DNA of 64,000 nt, taken from NCBI GenBank assembly GCA_964016885.1, contig OZ024741.1:254572001-254636000 (forward strand), in the 5' to 3' direction. This DNA comes from Eledone cirrhosa. Taxonomy: Eukaryota. Both the position numbers and the translations under genes were made by a program. The notes under the pieces are model-generated. The model saw only the letters and a list, made by a program, of their open reading frames with translations, did no database searches and had not been told where the DNA came from. Of the stretch, positions 59,521-64,000 are shown piece by piece; positions within the stretch are counted from its first letter, which is position 1; every line of letters begins with the position of its first letter.

Positions 59521-62500
59521 CAGAGAAAACAGCAACAACTACAACAACACTGGCACTGACACAGAAAACAGCAACAACTACAACAAAACTGCCACTGACA
59601 GAGAAAACAGCAACAACTACAACAACACTGGCACTGACAGAGAAAACAGCAACAACAACAACACTGGCACTGACAGAGAAAACAGCAACAACTACAACAA
59701 CACTGGCACTGACACAGAAAACAGCAACAACTACAACAACACTGGCACTGACAGAGAAAACAGCAACAACTACAACAACACTGGCACTGACAGAGAAAAC
59801 AGCAACAACAACAACACTGGCACTGACACAGAAAACAGCAACAACTACAACAACACTGGCATTGACAGAGAAAACAGCAACAACTACAACAACACTGGCA
59901 CTGACAGAGAAAACAGCAACAGCAACAACACTGGCACTGACACAGAAAACAGCAACAACAGCAACAACAACACTGTCACTGACACAGAAAACAGCAACAA
60001 CAGCAACAACAACACTGGCACTGACACAGAAAACAGCAACAACAACAACACTGGCACTGACAGAGAAAACAGCAACAACAACACTGGCACTGACAGAGAA
60101 AACAGCAACAACAACAACAACACTGGCACTGACACAGAAAACAGCAACAACAACAGTGGCACTGACACAGAAAACAGCAACAACTACAACAACACTGGCA
60201 CTGACAGAGAAAACAGCAACAACAACAACACTGGCACTGATACAGAAAACAGAAACAACTACAACAACACTGGCACTGACAGAGAAAGCAGCAACAACTA
60301 CAACAACACTGGCACCGACAGAGAAAACAGCAACAGCAACAACACTGGCACTGACACAGAAAACAGCAACAACTACAACAACACTGGCACTGACAGAGAA
60401 AACAGCAACAACTACAACAACACTGGCACTGACAGAGAAAACAGCAACAACTACAACAACACTGGCACTGACACAGAAAACAGCAACAACTACAACAACA
60501 CTGGCACTGACACAGAAAACAGCAACAACTACAACAACACTGGCACTGACACAGAAAACAGCAACAACAACAACACTGGCACTGATAGAGAAAACAGCAA
60601 CAACAACAACACTGGCACTGACAGAGAAAACAGCAACAACAACAACACCGGCACTGACACAGAAAACAGCAACAACTACAACAACACTGGCACGGAAAAC
60701 AGCAACAACAGCAACAACAACACTGGCACTGACACAGAAAACAGCAACAACAGCAACAACACTGGCACTGACACAGAAAACAGCAACAACAGCAACAACC
60801 GTGGCACTGACACAGAAAACAGCAACAACAGCAACAATGACACTGTCACTGGCACAGAAAACAGCAACAGCAACACTGGAACTGACACAGAAAACAGCAA
60901 CAGTAACAACAGCAATTCTGGCACTGACACAGAAAACAGCAACAACAACAAAACTGGCACTGACAGTGGAAATAGCAACAGCAACAACAATGGCACTGAC
61001 AGTGAAAATAGCAACAGCAACAACACTGGCACTGACAGAGAAAACAGCAACAACAACAACACTGGCACTGACACAGAAAACAGCAACAACAACAACACTG
61101 GCACTGACAGAGAAAACAGCAACAACTACAAAACTGGCACTGACAGAGAAAGCAGCAACAACTACAACAACACTGGCACTGACACAGAAAACAACAACAA
61201 CTACAACAACACTAGCACTGACAGAGAAAACAGCAACAACTACAACAACACTGGCACTGACACAGAAAACAGCAACAACAACAACAACACTGGCACTGAC
61301 ACAGAAAACAGCAACAGCAACAGCAACAACAACAACAACACTGGCACTGACAGAGAAGGCAGCAACAACTACAACACTGGCACTGACAGAGAAAACACAA
61401 CAACAACAACAACACTGGCACTGACAGAGAAAACAGCAACAACTACAACAACACTGGCACTGACAGAGAAAACAGCAACAACTACAACAACACTGGCACT
61501 GACAGAGAAAACAGCAACAACTACAACAACACTGGCACTGACAGAGAAAACAGCAACAACAACAACACTGGCACTGACAGAGAAAACAGCAACAACTACA
61601 ACAACACTGGCACTGACACAGAAAACAGCAACAACTACAACAACACTGGCACTGACAGAGAAAACAGCAACAACAACAACACTGGCACTGACACAGAAAA
61701 CAGCAACAACTACAACAACACTGGCACTGGCAGAGAAAACAGCAACAACTACAACAACACTGGCACTCACAGAGAAAACAGCAACAACTACAACAACACT
61801 GGCACTGACACAGAAAACAGCAACAACTACAACAACACTGGCACTGACACAGAAAACAGCAACAACTACAACAACACTGGCACTGACACAGAAAACAGCA
61901 ACAACAACAACACTGGCACTGACACAGAAAACAGCAACAACAACAACACTGGCACTGACAGAGAAAACAGCAACAACAACAACACTGGCACTGACAGAGA
62001 AAACAGCAACAACAACACCGGCACTGACACAGAAAACAGCAACAACTACAACAACACTGGCATTGACAGAGAAAACAGCAACAACTACAACAACACTGGC
62101 ACTGACAGAGAAAACAGCAACAACTACAACAACACTGGCACTGACAGAGAAAACAGCAACAGCAACAACACTGGCACTGACACAGAAAACAGCAACAACA
62201 GCAACAACAACACTGGCACTGACACAGAAAACAGCAACAACAGCAATAACAATGGCACTGACACAGAAAACAGCAACAACACTGGCACTGACAGAGAAAA
62301 CAGCAACAACAACACTGGCACTGACAGAGAAAACAGCAACAACAACAACACTGGCACTGACACAGAAAACAGCAACAACAACAGTGGCAATGACACAGAA
62401 AACAGCAACAACTACAACAACACTGGTACTGACAGAGAAAACAGCAACAACAACAACACTGGCACTGACACAGAAAACAGCAACAACTACAAAAACACTG

Positions 62501-64000
62501 GCACTGACAGAGAAAACAGCAACAACTACAACAACACTGGCACTGACAGAGAAAACAGCAACAACAACAACACTGGCACTGACACAGAAAACAGCAACAA
62601 CAACAACAACACTGGCACTGACAGAGAAAACAGCAACAACTACAACAACACTGGCACTGACAGAGAAAACAGCAACAGCAACAACACTGGCACTGACACA
62701 GAAAACAGCAACAACAGCAACAACAACACTGGCACTGACACAGAAAACAGCAACAACAGCAACAACAACACTGGCACTGACACAGAAAACAGCAACAACA
62801 ACAACACTGGCACTGACAGAGAAAACAGCAACAACAACACTGGCACTGACAGAGAAAACAGCAACAACAACAACACTGGCACTGACACAGAAAACAGCAA
62901 CAACAACAGTGGCACTGACACAGAAAACAGTAAAAAACTACAACAACACTGGCACTGACACAGAAAACAGCAACAACTACAACAACACTGGCATTGACAG
63001 AGAAAACAGCAACAACAACAACACTGGCACTGACACAGAAAACAGCAACAACTACAACAACACTGGCACTGACAGAGAAAACAGCAACAACTACAACAAC
63101 ACTGACACTCACAGAGAAAACAGCAACAACTACAACAACACTGGCACTGACACAGAAAACAGCAACAACTACAACAACACTGGCACTGACACAGAAAACA
63201 GCAACAACTACAACAACACTGGCACTGACACAGAAAACAGCAACAACAACAACACTGGCACTGACACAGAAAACAGCAACAACAACAACACTGGCACTGA
63301 CAGAGAAAACAGCAACAACAACAACACTGACACTGACAGAGAAAACAGCAACAACAACACCGGCACTGACAGAGAAAACAGCAGCAACTACAACAACACT
63401 GGCACTGACAGAGAAAACAACAACAACTACAACACTGGCACTGACAGAGAAAACAGCAACAACAACAACACTGGCACTGACACAGAAAACAGCAACAACT
63501 ACAACACTGGCACTGACAGAGAAAACAGCAGCAACTACAACAACACTGGCACTGACAGAGAAAACAGCAACAGCAACAACACTGGCACTGACACAGAAAA
63601 CAGCAACAACAGCAACAACAACACTGGCACTGACACAGAAAACAGCAACAACAGCAATAACAATGGCACTGACACAGAAAACAGCAACAACAACACTGGC
63701 ACTGACAGAGAAAACAGCAACAACAACACTGGCACTGACAGAGAAAACAGCAACAACAACAACACTGGCACTGACACAGAAAACAGCAACAACAACAGTG
63801 GCACTGACACAGAAAACAGCAACAACTACAACAACACTGGCACTGACAGAGAAAACAGCAACAACAACAACAACACTGGCACTGACAGAGAAAACAGCAA
63901 CAACTACAACAAAACTGGCACTGACACAGAAAACAGCAACAACTACAATAACACTGGCACTGACACAGAAAACAGCAACAACAACAACACTGGCACTGAC

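Larger units (their letters stand above)
1..64000 (+). repeat. Uninterrupted tandem minisatellite/satellite array; monomer CTGGCACTGACA(C/G)AGAAAACAGCA+(ACA/ACT/GCA)n, mostly 33-45 bp (modes 36 and 39 bp), ~1,700 copies, all in one orientation, extending past both window ends
   Basis: The core CTGGCACTGACA[C/G]AGAAAACAGCA recurs on every line from position 21 to the last bases (..CTGGCACTGAC at the window end). No non-repeat sequence or reverse-orientation monomer was seen. Copy number is an estimate from window length divided by typical monomer length. Confidence 0.99.

Noticed and set aside
8277-63112. Minus-strand Cys-rich, Val-rich and Leu-rich ORFs resembling metallothionein, keratin-associated or membrane proteins
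   Set aside because: They are the reverse-complement readings of (ACA)n (TGT, GTT, TTG), and their limits are set by ACT variants and frameshifts. No independent coding evidence.
1-64000. CRISPR-like layout of constant repeat plus variable spacer
   Set aside because: The variable part is only 6-27 bp of (ACA/ACT/GCA)n rather than unique spacers. There is no leader and no cas gene.
1-64000. Antifreeze glycoprotein or ice-nucleation protein repeat
   Set aside because: AFGP is (Thr-Ala/Pro-Ala)n and InaZ-type repeats are AGYGSTxT-based; neither matches any frame here.
1-64000. Canonical telomerase repeat or G-quadruplex array
   Set aside because: The minus strand has no GGG runs and no TTAGGG-like unit. 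Kilobase-scale inherited variant patterns indicate recombinational amplification rather than templated addition.
1-64000. Programmed ribosomal frameshift signals at the A-runs
   Set aside because: The frame changes are DNA-level indels, and the A/C-rich + strand offers no evident downstream stimulatory structure.

Overview
The whole 64 kb window lies inside one head-to-tail tandem array of a variable-length (mostly 33-45 bp) minisatellite/satellite monomer. Both window ends fall mid-monomer, and I see no unique flanking sequence, inversion, RNA gene, transposon, CRISPR array or recognisable protein domain. The monomer is a near-invariant 24-bp core, CTGGCACTGACA(C/G)AGAAAACAGCA, followed by an (ACA)n tract that is often interrupted by ACT or GCA. 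The commonest forms are 36 bp and 39 bp (CTGGCACTGACASAGAAAACAGCAACAACTACAACAACA), giving roughly 1,700 copies (64,000 divided by about 37-38 bp). The + strand is strongly A/C-rich: the 39-bp G-form has 19 A, 11 C, 6 G and 3 T, with no CpG in the consensus. Nearly all length variation is in multiples of 3 and four of six frames have no stop in the consensus, which explains every ORF in the supplied track. I do not accept any of them as a gene. Nonsense and frameshift variants have been copied along with the array, which argues against a single selected Thr-rich protein. The real information is in the variant code. Rare substitutions and indels reveal nested higher-order duplications (about 0.1, 0.4, 1.15, 1.7, 2.15, 2.7-2.9, 4.5-4.6, 5.475 and 7.3-8.4 kb), shuffled blocks, dispersed cassettes and a shift in variant content near 22 kb. 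The most unusual observation is a pair of recurrent +1/-1 frameshift variants that toggle long + strand ORFs between a Thr-rich and an Asn-rich frame. This is probably a by-product, but it is testable. The organism cannot be determined from this sequence; a eukaryotic satellite is the most economical reading. Block boundaries were read by eye and are approximate.
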